47,204 bases of DNA from Candidatus Woesearchaeota archaeon (GCA_964544395.1 CAZJAO010000004.1:1-47204); one strand, 5' to 3'; numbered from the stretch's first letter, positions 9,189 to 18,620 are shown. Numbers and translations are program-made. The notes: generated from the sequence alone by a model not told the origin.

Positions 9189-9197
9189 TCACCTCCT
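9189..9197 (-). promoter_or_regulatory. Strong Shine-Dalgarno sequence
   Basis: AGGAGGTGA 3 nt upstream of the ATG at 9185. Confidence 0.7.
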
Positions 9198-9239
9198 TTG
9201 CAAATAAATAATGAAGAAGAGATAAATAAATCTTTTGTT

Positions 9240-9481
9240 TTATAGAAGATACAATAAAATTGTTGGAATTAACAAACAACCCATCTGTTTGTTTTTCTAA
9301 TGTTGAAAGAGTTACAATAAATTCCAGTGAAGGTCGACGTGATTAGGATTAATAATCCAATAAATCCCGAGAAACCAATTAAAATTGCCCCAACAAGATT
9401 TATGTGAACTCCTGGCGCAAGTCCAGTAAATGTACCTGCAAATATGCCGAGCAGCATGAACCGTATCAGATCTATGAGTAT
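9240..9481 (-). pseudogene. Internally deleted, frameshifted remnant of a TctA/DUF112-family permease
   Basis: N-terminal GTFTGLAPGVHINLVGAIL joined directly to a C-terminal-type GLLILITSTFTGIYC...IRK; a shifted frame restores MGCLLIPTILLYLL*; probable original start codon reads ATA at 9481. Confidence 0.7.
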
Positions 9482-9524
9482 CCCTTAGAAAAACATTTAA
9501 TAATTATATTTGTTTGCCTATAAT

Positions 9525-10484
9525 ATGAATACGGAAGATAAGATAGAATTAATTCGAAGGAATACAGAAGAAATTGTTTCTATGGATGCATTAAAAGAGT
9601 TAATTCATAAGAAGAAGAAACCAAGAGTTTATTGTGGTTATGAACCAAATGGGCCTATGCACCTTGGACATTTTGTTACAATTATGAAATTACTTGATTT
9701 GCAAAGAGCAGGGTTTGATCTTGTAATTCTCCTTGCAGATATTCATGCGCTCTTAAACCGAAAAGGAAGTGAAGAAGAAATAAAGAAGGAAGTTGAAAAT
9801 TGGAAGAAGACAATAAAAGCGATTGGGATTAAAGCTGAAGTTGTTCTTGGAAGTGATTTTGAATTTACAAAAGATTACCAAGTTGATGTAATGAAACTTG
9901 CCCAGAACTTGACAATTAATAGAGGATTAAGAAGCATGCAGGAAATTGCAAGAGATTTTGATAATGCAACAATTTCACAATTGTGGTACCCTTTAATGCA
10001 AGTTGTTGATATTAAGCATCTTAAAATTGATGTTGCACTCGGCGGAATGGAACAAAGAAAAGTTCACATGCTTGGAAAAGATATGGCCTCAACCATAGAG
10101 CATAATTTTATTGCCTTACACACACCTTTGATAACTTCTTTAAAAGGACCCGGACAAAAAATGTCCAAATCTATTTCGGGAAGTGGTATTTCTGTAACAG
10201 ATTCCTATAATGAAATAAAAAAGACCATCGGAGAAGCATACTGCCCTCCAAAAGACATAAAAGAAAATCCTGTTCTACAAATTGCAAAATTGATTGTTTT
10301 TCCCACTATCGATGAGCTGAATATTAAACGCCCCGAAAAATTCGGCGGGAATCTTAAAATAAAAGATTATCCCGAACTAGAAAAATTATACTCTAAAGGC
10401 GGAATTCATCCGCTTGATTTGAAGAATTGCATAACTGAAGAATTGGAAAAAATTATTGCACCAATAAGAAAAAATTTCAAATAA
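9525..10484 (+). CDS. tyrS: Tyrosyl-tRNA synthetase (archaeal type)
   Basis: YCGYEPNG..HLGH (HIGH motif), YPLMQVVD, GGMEQRKVH, KMSKS; ATG at 9525. Confidence 0.95.
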   Translation: MNTEDKIELIRRNTEEIVSMDALKELIHKKKKPRVYCGYEPNGPMHLGHFVTIMKLLDLQRAGFDLVILLADIHALLNRKGSEEEIKKEVENWKKTIKAIGIKAEVVLGSDFEFTKDYQVDVMKLAQNLTINRGLRSMQEIARDFDNATISQLWYPLMQVVDIKHLKIDVALGGMEQRKVHMLGKDMASTIEHNFIALHTPLITSLKGPGQKMSKSISGSGISVTDSYNEIKKTIGEAYCPPKDIKENPVLQIAKLIVFPTIDELNIKRPEKFGGNLKIKDYPELEKLYSKGGIHPLDLKNCITEELEKIIAPIRKNFK

Positions 10485-10489
10485 TTATC

Positions 10490-11032
10490 TTAAGTTCGTC
10501 CCGCATATAAGTCTTCTTTTCTTTTAGATAAATGTGTCTGAATATTCTTTAATATAGAATAAACATTAGAAATATTAAACATCACATCATATTTAGAACG
10601 AGTAGAATATGTTTGATTATTTGCAGTTCCTCCTGAAACCGTTTCTATCTCTCCAGTAAATATTCTTATATTCCCTGTTTTAAAAACTACCCCTAATATT
10701 CCTACACTTGCAGACACATTTTGTATTTGATCGTAATCCAAAGACTTAAAGTCCCTTCCTATAATCCCCTTCTGAAATACGATTCTTTTATTTGTGATTA
10801 CATAATAAATAACATTATACCTTAAAATAGTAATAATAATCAGAATAATCCATAATCCTCCGACCGCGATTAACCACAATCTTCCATATTGACTAAACCA
10901 AATAGCTAAAATAATCGCTCCTGCTATTAATGTTAGTGTAATAAAATTAGAAGCAAAATAAGCACTTGCTTTTGGTCTACCTTCCCATTCAACTTTCTCT
11001 TTCTGTTCTAAGATATTTGAAATTTCATTCAT
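10490..11032 (-). CDS. Membrane protein with bacterial PH (bPH_2-like) domain
   Basis: Two TM helices then YVITNKRIVFQKGIIGRDFKSLDYDQIQNVSASVGILG..FKTGNIRI. Confidence 0.75.
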   Translation of the reverse strand: MNEISNILEQKEKVEWEGRPKASAYFASNFITLTLIAGAIILAIWFSQYGRLWLIAVGGLWIILIIITILRYNVIYYVITNKRIVFQKGIIGRDFKSLDYDQIQNVSASVGILGVVFKTGNIRIFTGEIETVSGGTANNQTYSTRSKYDVMFNISNVYSILKNIQTHLSKRKEDLYAGRT

Positions 11033-11062
11033 TTTTATTAGAATAGATTATCCTTTAAAAGA

Positions 11063-11974
11063 TTATCCAGTCTTGAATTCCACAACATCCAAATCCTTCA
11101 GCTTATGCTTTAGTCCCACTTTTTGTCCCGGGAATTTGCTCGAAGGTCCCCAGATTTTTATCTCTTTTATCTTATTTGAAAATCCCCTCAAAACTTTTTT
11201 TGCAACCTCATTTACCGAGGCATCTGGAAAGAGGATCACAGGCTTATCTCTGTCCGTTTCTTTTCCGGGCTCTTTAGTATAAACTCTAATCTTGCCAAAG
11301 CTCTGAAAGATTTTGTTTTTTAATTCGTCAAGATTTTCTTTATTTTTAGAAGAAATTAAAACAAAATTATACCTCTTGCTTTGAAGAGTGGCTTTAGCCC
11401 TTCTTATTTCATTTTCGTTAAATGAATCAATTTTATTAAAAATAATAATTTGTTTTCCCCTCGCTTTATCAAGAATCTTTTTTATTTTATTTATCTCTTC
11501 TAAATTTGTAATCATAATCAGTATTAAATCCGCATTGTTCACTAGGCCTCGGTCATAATATTCCGATTCTATTGCAGGGATTTCTATTACCTGAATTTTC
11601 GTTCCATAATAATCCATAATCCCTACCATTGGTTTCTTAGTTGTGAAAGCGTAATCTCCAACTGCCGATTTAACATTTGTTAAGGTATTAAGAAGAGAAG
11701 ATTTACCTGAATTTGCAAATCCAATAATTACTAATTGCATGTCCTCTTTTTTTATTCCAACTCTACTCCCTCCTTTTTTTACTTTATCTTTTTCCTGCTT
11801 TTCCTTAAGTTTTATGAGCCTTTTTTTTAATTCTGCAACAAAGTTCTCACTTGATTTGTGCTTTGGGGCAGTTCTTATCATTTCTTCCAAACCGACTATT
11901 CTTTCTTCCAATGTCTGTGCTGCAAAATATTTCTTTTCGGCAGCAGCGTACTCTGGACCTGCATTGATTGGCAT
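11063..11974 (-). CDS. DRG/OBG-family GTPase with TGS domain (shortened)
   Basis: MPINA...PKHK N-terminus, G1 GFANSGKS, G2 YAFTT, G4 NKID, C-terminal TGS (IWGPSSKFPGQKVG...DLDVVEF). Confidence 0.85.
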   Translation of the reverse strand: MPINAGPEYAAAEKKYFAAQTLEERIVGLEEMIRTAPKHKSSENFVAELKKRLIKLKEKQEKDKVKKGGSRVGIKKEDMQLVIIGFANSGKSSLLNTLTNVKSAVGDYAFTTKKPMVGIMDYYGTKIQVIEIPAIESEYYDRGLVNNADLILIMITNLEEINKIKKILDKARGKQIIIFNKIDSFNENEIRRAKATLQSKRYNFVLISSKNKENLDELKNKIFQSFGKIRVYTKEPGKETDRDKPVILFPDASVNEVAKKVLRGFSNKIKEIKIWGPSSKFPGQKVGLKHKLKDLDVVEFKTG

Positions 11975-12024
11975 GGTATCTAGATACTCTTATAATTTTT
12001 AAACTTCATGAATCTTAAATTTTA

Positions 12025-12798
12025 ATGGAAAAAGTTGAAATAATTGAGAAAATTAAATGGAAAAAAGAATTTTCCCAGCTCCCTGAAAAAGATGTCCAGA
12101 GGGCATTTGAAAAATTTGATAATGACAACTATTCTGACGAAGAAAAAGTAAAATTTACAAGAGATTTGCTAAGAAAAGTCTTCTCTGGATTTTCAGGAAA
12201 AAAACTGCTGGGGTTAAAAAATAAATCTGCAGATGAAATATTGATGAAACATCTCTCTACCCGAGAAAGATATAATCATTATGGGAAAATTTATGAAAGA
12301 ATTCTTTCGGACATGCCCAAAAAATTAAGCATAATTGATTTGGGTGCGGGTGTTAATGGCTTAAGTTATGATTATCTTAATCAACTTGAGAAAAAAGTAG
12401 ATTATGTTGGAGTTGAAGCTATTGGACAAATTGTTCAGATTGTAAATGATTATTTTAGCCGAGAAAAAATTCCCGGAAAAATGTTTCATGCCAGCTTATT
12501 TGAAATGGATAAGATTAAAGAAATCATAAAAGAGGCAACCAAACCGAGGGTAATTTTCCTGTTTAAGGTTATTGACTCTTTGGAAAAATTTGAGAGAGAT
12601 TATACAAAAAAGTTATTGCCTGAAATTGCACCCCTTGCCGATAAAATTGTGATAAGTTTTGCTACGGAATCATGGATGAAAAGGACAAAATTTTATGCAA
12701 ATAGAAAATGGATCCTTGATTTTATCAAAGAAAATTGGCAAATTACAGATGATTTCGAATTTGGCGGAGAAAGATATATTGTTTTCAAGGGCAAATAA
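12025..12798 (+). CDS. SAM-dependent methyltransferase of the ArmA/Rmt/Sgm (FmrO) 16S rRNA m7G1405 family
   Basis: HLSTRER, IIDLGAGVNGLS, FLFKVIDSLE and IVISFATES follow the family motifs HxSTxERL, DxACGxNP, LLKxxxxLE, VVSFPTxS in order. Confidence 0.7.
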   Translation: MEKVEIIEKIKWKKEFSQLPEKDVQRAFEKFDNDNYSDEEKVKFTRDLLRKVFSGFSGKKLLGLKNKSADEILMKHLSTRERYNHYGKIYERILSDMPKKLSIIDLGAGVNGLSYDYLNQLEKKVDYVGVEAIGQIVQIVNDYFSREKIPGKMFHASLFEMDKIKEIIKEATKPRVIFLFKVIDSLEKFERDYTKKLLPEIAPLADKIVISFATESWMKRTKFYANRKWILDFIKENWQITDDFEFGGERYIVFKGK

Positions 12799-12830
12799 AA
12801 TTTTAAAAAGACTGATTATTATCTCAAGAA

Positions 12831-14030
12831 ATGAAATTTCAAAGAAAGATTTTGAAAAATGGAATGACTGTCTTATTTGAAAGAAGAGAAATTCCGGTTG
12901 TTAGTGTGGCTTTCGCTGTTAAAGCAGGCGGAGTAAATGAAGATCCTAAGGAGAAGGGAATATCTCATTTTATTGAGCATATGCTTTACAAAGGGACGCC
13001 AACAAGAAATTCCAAAAGAATTGCGGAAGAAATAGAAAATAATGGTGGTGAATTAAATGGTTTTACTTCAGAAGAAATTGTTGCTTATTGGTGCAAAATG
13101 CCCAGTCAGCATATTAAAATTGCCCTTGATGTCTTGAGCGACATGGTAAAGAATCCCCTCTTTGACCAAGAAGAATTTGACAAAGAAAGAAAAGTTATAT
13201 TTGAAGAAATTAAAATGTATCATGATAGTCCAAGAATGTACGTCATGGATGAAATTCAAAAAGCTCTTTATGATGGGACCATGAAAATAAACCTGGCGGG
13301 AACTTTTGATAGCATGAATTCAATAACAAGAGAAAAAATGACTGCAAAATTCAAGGAACTTTACAAATCCAATAATCTGATTTTATGTGTTGTCGGAGAT
13401 GCTAATTTTGATGAGATTGTCCAATTTGCTGAAAAGAATTTTGGTTCGGACAAGGGAAATATACCCCAAATGAAATTTAATTCTTTGAATGAAGTTAAAA
13501 TTGATGAAAGAGAGGGAGTAGACCAGGCAAATTTAGTTTTTGCATACCACGTCCCCGCAGCGGAGGATAAAAGAAGTTATGCTGCAATTGTCCTGAATTC
13601 CTTAATGGCTGATGGAATGTCTTCAAGACTTTTCAGCGAAATAAGGGAGAAAAGAAATCTGGCTTATGCTGTAAGGGGCGAGGCTAACATAAACAAAACT
13701 TTTGCATATAATTACATCTATGTCGGAACAATGAAGGATAATGTCGAAAAAATCAAGAAATTAATCCTGGATGAATTTGAAAAAGTATCGAAAAGTCTTG
13801 AAGATAAAGAGCTAAAAATAATCAAAAAGAAATTAATCGGAAACTATCAAATTTCTATGGAGGATTCTCAAGAACAAATGGTTAATCTTCTAAGCAGCGA
13901 AATTCACGGAAATGCGGAGGACTTTTACAAATTCGAAGAAAATATTTCCCAAGTTAAATTAGATGATGTAAAAGAACTTGCAAAAAAGGCTATGAAGAAT
14001 TTCAGTTTTTTTGCATTGGTTCCCAAATAA
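12831..14030 (+). CDS. M16-family zinc peptidase
   Basis: Inverted zinc motif HFIEH, NGFTS, EERKVIFEE, SSRLFSEIREKRNLAY. Confidence 0.92.
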   Translation: MKFQRKILKNGMTVLFERREIPVVSVAFAVKAGGVNEDPKEKGISHFIEHMLYKGTPTRNSKRIAEEIENNGGELNGFTSEEIVAYWCKMPSQHIKIALDVLSDMVKNPLFDQEEFDKERKVIFEEIKMYHDSPRMYVMDEIQKALYDGTMKINLAGTFDSMNSITREKMTAKFKELYKSNNLILCVVGDANFDEIVQFAEKNFGSDKGNIPQMKFNSLNEVKIDEREGVDQANLVFAYHVPAAEDKRSYAAIVLNSLMADGMSSRLFSEIREKRNLAYAVRGEANINKTFAYNYIYVGTMKDNVEKIKKLILDEFEKVSKSLEDKELKIIKKKLIGNYQISMEDSQEQMVNLLSSEIHGNAEDFYKFEENISQVKLDDVKELAKKAMKNFSFFALVPK

Positions 14031-14031
14031 A

Positions 14032-14838
14032 ATGTTTGTTGTTAAAGTTCCGGGAATCAATGGACTTGGAAAAACGAAAGGGTGTGAGAAAGCGGGAAAC
14101 GCAATACTGAAATCCCTCAATGAAATCTATTCCAATGAGGAAAATAAACCTATTAACACAAAACTATTGGACTTGGAAGAAATACATCTTGACAATTCAA
14201 ATCTTGAGATTACAAATAAATTAGTTTACAAAAATTCCTCTGAAATTTTTCAGGAAAAACCAAGAACGATTTTTATTGGTGGAGACCATTCTATAAGTTA
14301 TTCTCTTACAAAATCTTTTTTTGATTATTGCAAGAAAGAAAAGAAGAAGCCATTTCTACTTGTTTTTGATGCGCATCCAGATTGTATGGAACCTGCTCAT
14401 AAGGATTATCCTACTCATGAAGATTGGCTGAGAAGTTTAATTGAATCGGGGTTTCCGACAGAAAACATACTTCTCATTGGAGTCAGAAATTCTGACCAAA
14501 ATGAGATAACTTTTCTTAAAGAAAATAAGATTAAGATAATTTCAATGAATCAAATTCTTGATGATTTGCAGGGGGCAGGAGATTCTATCACGGAGTTCTC
14601 CCAGGGAAATGAATTATATGTTTCCTTAGACATTGATGTTATTGACCCTGCATTCGCACCCGGCACAGGATATACAGAACCCGCAGGTTTGACCTCCCGT
14701 GAATTTATTTATCTTGTTCAGAGGATAAACAGAATAAAAAATCTCAAGGCAGTTGATTTGGTGGAAATTAATCCGGATAAAGATATAGGAAATCTTACCG
14801 TAAAACTTGGAGCTAAAATATTAAGCGAATTAATCTAA
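14032..14838 (+). CDS. Arginase/agmatinase (ureohydrolase) family protein
   Basis: GGDHS, DAHPD, SLDIDVIDP, PGTG..EPAGL, DLVEINP; ATG at 14032. Confidence 0.9.
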   Translation: MFVVKVPGINGLGKTKGCEKAGNAILKSLNEIYSNEENKPINTKLLDLEEIHLDNSNLEITNKLVYKNSSEIFQEKPRTIFIGGDHSISYSLTKSFFDYCKKEKKKPFLLVFDAHPDCMEPAHKDYPTHEDWLRSLIESGFPTENILLIGVRNSDQNEITFLKENKIKIISMNQILDDLQGAGDSITEFSQGNELYVSLDIDVIDPAFAPGTGYTEPAGLTSREFIYLVQRINRIKNLKAVDLVEINPDKDIGNLTVKLGAKILSELI

Positions 14839-14994
14839 AGAATATAATCAAAAAAGAATCTCTAGTTTTATATGTCTTTTGCACTCCAAAAATCATTTCC
14901 AACTTCACTTTTGTTTAAAATGACTTTTTTCTAATTATACTTTAATGAACAAACAGGAAATTTGCCCAAAATACAAAACGGAAGGTTTTGTATA

Positions 14995-15294
14995 ATGGAC
15001 TTCACAGAGTTTTTACAAGAACAATATCTGAGACAATGTTCGTGGCGATGTAATCACGGGGGCTATACCCGACTTGAATCTGAGAAAGAGCAAATAAGAT
15101 CAAATTTAGTAAATAAATATGGGATTAACGGAAATAAGGAAGGAGTATTAAGGCAGGTTATGATTTGTGAGAAAACAGTCTTTAGTTTCTTAGAGGAATT
15201 ATCCGAAGACAAATTTAGGCATTATATGTGGATAGCAGATTTTCACAAAGAAGAATTAACTAGTAGGCTTAGTAATGCTCTTCGAGAAGTCTAA
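14995..15294 (+). CDS. Hypothetical helical protein
   Basis: ATG at 14995 (MDFTEFLQEQY...); no recognisable motif; 3' end overlaps the convergent xpf gene by 26 bp. Confidence 0.45.
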   Translation: MDFTEFLQEQYLRQCSWRCNHGGYTRLESEKEQIRSNLVNKYGINGNKEGVLRQVMICEKTVFSFLEELSEDKFRHYMWIADFHKEELTSRLSNALREV

Positions 15295-15946
15295 AGACCT
15301 CGGCCCTTTTACCGATTATTTCTGTTAGTTCTTCTATTGAAGCACTGAATAATTCCCTCAATGTTTTGAAATGTGAAAGCAATTTTTTTGCTGTTTTGGG
15401 ACCAATGCCCGGAAACCCCTCGAGAATAAACTGCATTCTTTCTTTTTTATTCAAATTCTTTTTAGATACGTTCAACGATAATTCTTTTTTTTGCCTTTTA
15501 GACAAAACGGAAATAAATCTCGCAGTATCCTCTGAATCTTTTGTGAAAATTATCGGAGTTTTGTAACTGAGAATTATGGACAACAAAAAACCCCTTATTG
15601 CATTTGGGTGAATTCCGGTATCTGGAACCCCCTTAGCGTATAGTTCATGTTCGTCTATTCCCTCTATTATTAAAATGCGATTTTTATACTGCTGCAACCC
15701 CTGCAACTGATTTGTGAGCCTTTTGTTTAACATGGAAGAAATGAAATCTTGAACAGTTTTTCTTTCAATCGCTACATCATTAACAATATAGTCTGCTACT
15801 TTCAATTCTTTTATTTCGACTTCAATACCCAATTCAATAAGCTGTGAGTAAACTAATGAATTTTTCTCCCTATAATCCATAATCACTTTTGGTTTCTTTT
15901 CTTTTTTCTCACGGACTTTTGAAAATATACCCAATATTGGCTTCAT
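15269..15946 (-). CDS. xpf: ERCC4/XPF structure-specific nuclease with HhH2 (Hef nuclease half)
   Basis: MDYRE, ADY, IERKTVQDF, IIEG nuclease motifs; EGFPGIGPKTAKKLL HhH. Confidence 0.9.
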   Translation of the reverse strand: MKPILGIFSKVREKKEKKPKVIMDYREKNSLVYSQLIELGIEVEIKELKVADYIVNDVAIERKTVQDFISSMLNKRLTNQLQGLQQYKNRILIIEGIDEHELYAKGVPDTGIHPNAIRGFLLSIILSYKTPIIFTKDSEDTARFISVLSKRQKKELSLNVSKKNLNKKERMQFILEGFPGIGPKTAKKLLSHFKTLRELFSASIEELTEIIGKRAEVFRLLEEHY

Positions 15947-15981
15947 TCTTTATTTAGAATTAATTAATTTAAAAGTTTTTT

Positions 15982-17025
15982 TTATTCATGCAAAACACCA
16001 TTGGCTTTACTCTCTTCTATTCCAGAGTTTGTTATTTCGATAAAATCTGCTTTTCCTATGATATTCTTCATGCTTTTTGCTCCGAGATAAGTCATTCCAG
16101 AGGACAAGGCACCCACATATTTTTTTATAATCGGAGAAATCGAACCCTTGTAAGGGGAGAGGGTCTGTTCGCCCTCCACGCTTATAATTTCCTTATCTTC
16201 TTCGCCATCCAATTCGGCCTTTTTTACAGAAACATCATAACTTGCAGAACCACGATACATTTTGAACATTTTTCCGTTCTTTACAATTATTTCCCCCGGA
16301 CTCTCATCTGTTCCCGAAAAAAGATAGCCAGACATTATAGTATCTGCACCTGCGCCAAGAGCCTTAACAACATCTGCCGGTTTTTTTATTCCCCCATCAG
16401 CACAAATTGGAATTTCGCCTTTAGTGGCTTCATAGACGTCCATTATTGCAGTCAATTGGGGAATTCCTGCCCCCGCCATTAATCTTGTCGTGCACAAAGA
16501 GCCCGGTCCAATTCCGACTTTAACAGCATCAGCACCTTTGCTCAAGAAATATTCAGCAGCATCTTTTGTTGCTATATTCCCTGCCATTACATCAATATTA
16601 GGATAATTTTCTTTTAGATAATCAAGTGTTTTTCCAGCATATTTTGAATGTCCGTGTGCGATATCAATAACGAGAATATTTACTCCTGCATTAACAAGCG
16701 CGTCTACCCTTTCCTTTACGTCCTTTACTCCGATAGATGCTGCAGCAATTAACCCCTGCTCTCTGATTTCCTTGACTTGTTTTGCTTGTTCTTCAATTGT
16801 CATAAATCGATGAAGGACTCCAAGGCCACCAAGTTTTCCGAGGGCAATGGCCATTTTTGATTCACAAATTGTGTCCATATTTGCTGCAATAATCGGAATG
16901 TCAATGGAATAATTTCTTGTAACTCTGGTTTTCAGCTCTACATCTCTTCTTGATGCTATCTTGTTATATTTTGGAATAATGAGAACATCATCAAAAGACA
17001 AACCTCTTTCAATAATTCTAGCCAT
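15982..17025 (-). CDS. IMPDH/GMP reductase family enzyme lacking CBS domains, probably a GMP reductase
   Basis: LSFDDVLIIP, ANMD, DIAHGHS, GIGPGSLCTTR (catalytic Cys), ADGGIK, YRGSAS, VEG. Confidence 0.85.
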   Translation of the reverse strand: MARIIERGLSFDDVLIIPKYNKIASRRDVELKTRVTRNYSIDIPIIAANMDTICESKMAIALGKLGGLGVLHRFMTIEEQAKQVKEIREQGLIAAASIGVKDVKERVDALVNAGVNILVIDIAHGHSKYAGKTLDYLKENYPNIDVMAGNIATKDAAEYFLSKGADAVKVGIGPGSLCTTRLMAGAGIPQLTAIMDVYEATKGEIPICADGGIKKPADVVKALGAGADTIMSGYLFSGTDESPGEIIVKNGKMFKMYRGSASYDVSVKKAELDGEEDKEIISVEGEQTLSPYKGSISPIIKKYVGALSSGMTYLGAKSMKNIIGKADFIEITNSGIEESKANGVLHE

Positions 17026-17049
17026 GTCTCACTTCATAGAAATTATTTT

Positions 17050-18618
17050 TTATAAAGATTCTTGTGATATTCTATCATCAAGAGTCTTTTGGAAATCTAA
17101 AGTTCCATTTGACAAATCTCTTTTAATATCGCTTATTGCAGAACGCATTTTCCTCTCCTTGCTTCTTGATACATAATAAAATGATTCATCACGGGTCTTT
17201 TTTGTAATAAGAACTATTAATTTTCCTTTTTTCAGACGAGCAGTTCTTCCCGCTCTCTGGATTGCTCTTATTGCAGATGCAACTGGTTCGTAGAATACCA
17301 CCAAGTTAACTTCTGGGATATCAAGTCCTTCCTCTCCGATGGATGTAGCACATAAAACATTTGAATCTCCCGCTGCGAAATCATCAATTGTTTGTTTCTG
17401 TTCTTTTTGGCTTAACCCCGTATCTTTCTTTTTTAATTGTCCAACAAAAATCTTTGCTTTTATTCCGGGGAGTTTATTCAAACTCTTTGAGATTATAACT
17501 GCGGTATCCCTATATTGTGAAAAAACAATTGCTTTCAGGGGAACATCGCTCTGAAGTTCGTTTTCAATAATATCTGTAAGCACTGCAATTTTTGGATGTT
17601 CCATGTTTCTTGCAATAAGGTAATTTGATTTTACAAATGCTAAATTGAAATCGGGTCTCTTGACCAGCTGCTGGACAGCCTTGCTTTTTAGCTTTGCAGA
17701 TTGATCCAGCAAATCTTTAAGATAATTATTGAATCCCACTAATGTTTGTGTTTCAAGCAATTCTAATGCGTGCTGGAGTTTGATTGCATTCGCACATGCA
17801 GACATCCCTTTGAATAAATTGAAATTCTGATTTCCCCTAGAAAGCATATGACCGAGTTTGGCCTGAAGCTTTATCAGATTTACTTTAGTCGGAACTTCGT
17901 ACAATAAACTTCGAGCTTTCAATTCATCGATGTATAAATCATGGATGCTTTTCATAATTCCTCTTATTTCCTGAAATTCTGGAGGGAGCTCCAGTTCAAC
18001 TTTTTCAAATTCCAATTCTTGAACGTTGGGTATTATATCTGGAGAATCCCTTGTTCGTAATTCGACTTCTTCTATAGAAAGATTCCTACAAATCTCTTTT
18101 ATTTTCTGATTATCACTTCCTGGAGAAGCGGTCAATCCCAGGATTCTCGGATGAATGGAGTTTTTTATATAAGTACTTGCAATATAGTTATAATCATAAT
18201 TCTTAAGGCATCGGTGAGCTTCATCTTCAACGAGCAAGCAGACATTCTTTAAATCATATAGGTGATTTTTCAAATCGTTTGCAATGCATTGAGGTGTTGA
18301 GAAGATTATATCTGCGGTTTTCCATATTTCTCTTCTTTTTTCTGCTGTAACATTTCCCGTAAATAATTGCAAATCACCAAATAATTCTGGAAGATGCTTG
18401 TTGAAAAAAACAAGGTGTTGTTCCGCCAATGGTTTTGTAGGAGCAAGAAAAAGAATTTTTTCTCCGGGAAATTTCTGACTTCGGTCAATAGCCAGCATTA
18501 ATGCAATCAAAGTCTTTCCAAGCCCCGTTGGAAGCACAACTAGACAATTCTTTTCTTTACATGTTTCAAAAATTTTTTGCTGATAATCTCGTGGCGAGAT
18601 TTCTTTTAGAAAATCCAT
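17050..18618 (-). CDS. hef: Hef/FANCM-type SF2 helicase (no fused nuclease)
   Basis: PRDYQ, LPTGLGKT, DEAHR, LTASPG, VFSQYRDT, TSIGEEGLDIP, QRAGRTAR; ATG at 18618. Confidence 0.92.
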   Translation of the reverse strand: MDFLKEISPRDYQQKIFETCKEKNCLVVLPTGLGKTLIALMLAIDRSQKFPGEKILFLAPTKPLAEQHLVFFNKHLPELFGDLQLFTGNVTAEKRREIWKTADIIFSTPQCIANDLKNHLYDLKNVCLLVEDEAHRCLKNYDYNYIASTYIKNSIHPRILGLTASPGSDNQKIKEICRNLSIEEVELRTRDSPDIIPNVQELEFEKVELELPPEFQEIRGIMKSIHDLYIDELKARSLLYEVPTKVNLIKLQAKLGHMLSRGNQNFNLFKGMSACANAIKLQHALELLETQTLVGFNNYLKDLLDQSAKLKSKAVQQLVKRPDFNLAFVKSNYLIARNMEHPKIAVLTDIIENELQSDVPLKAIVFSQYRDTAVIISKSLNKLPGIKAKIFVGQLKKKDTGLSQKEQKQTIDDFAAGDSNVLCATSIGEEGLDIPEVNLVVFYEPVASAIRAIQRAGRTARLKKGKLIVLITKKTRDESFYYVSRSKERKMRSAISDIKRDLSNGTLDFQKTLDDRISQESL

Positions 18619-18620
18619 GA

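Noticed and set aside
14995-15294. Hypothetical ORF as a viral or mobile-element remnant
   Set aside because: No integrase, transposase, terminal repeats or att sites nearby; nothing beyond an orphan ORF can be supported
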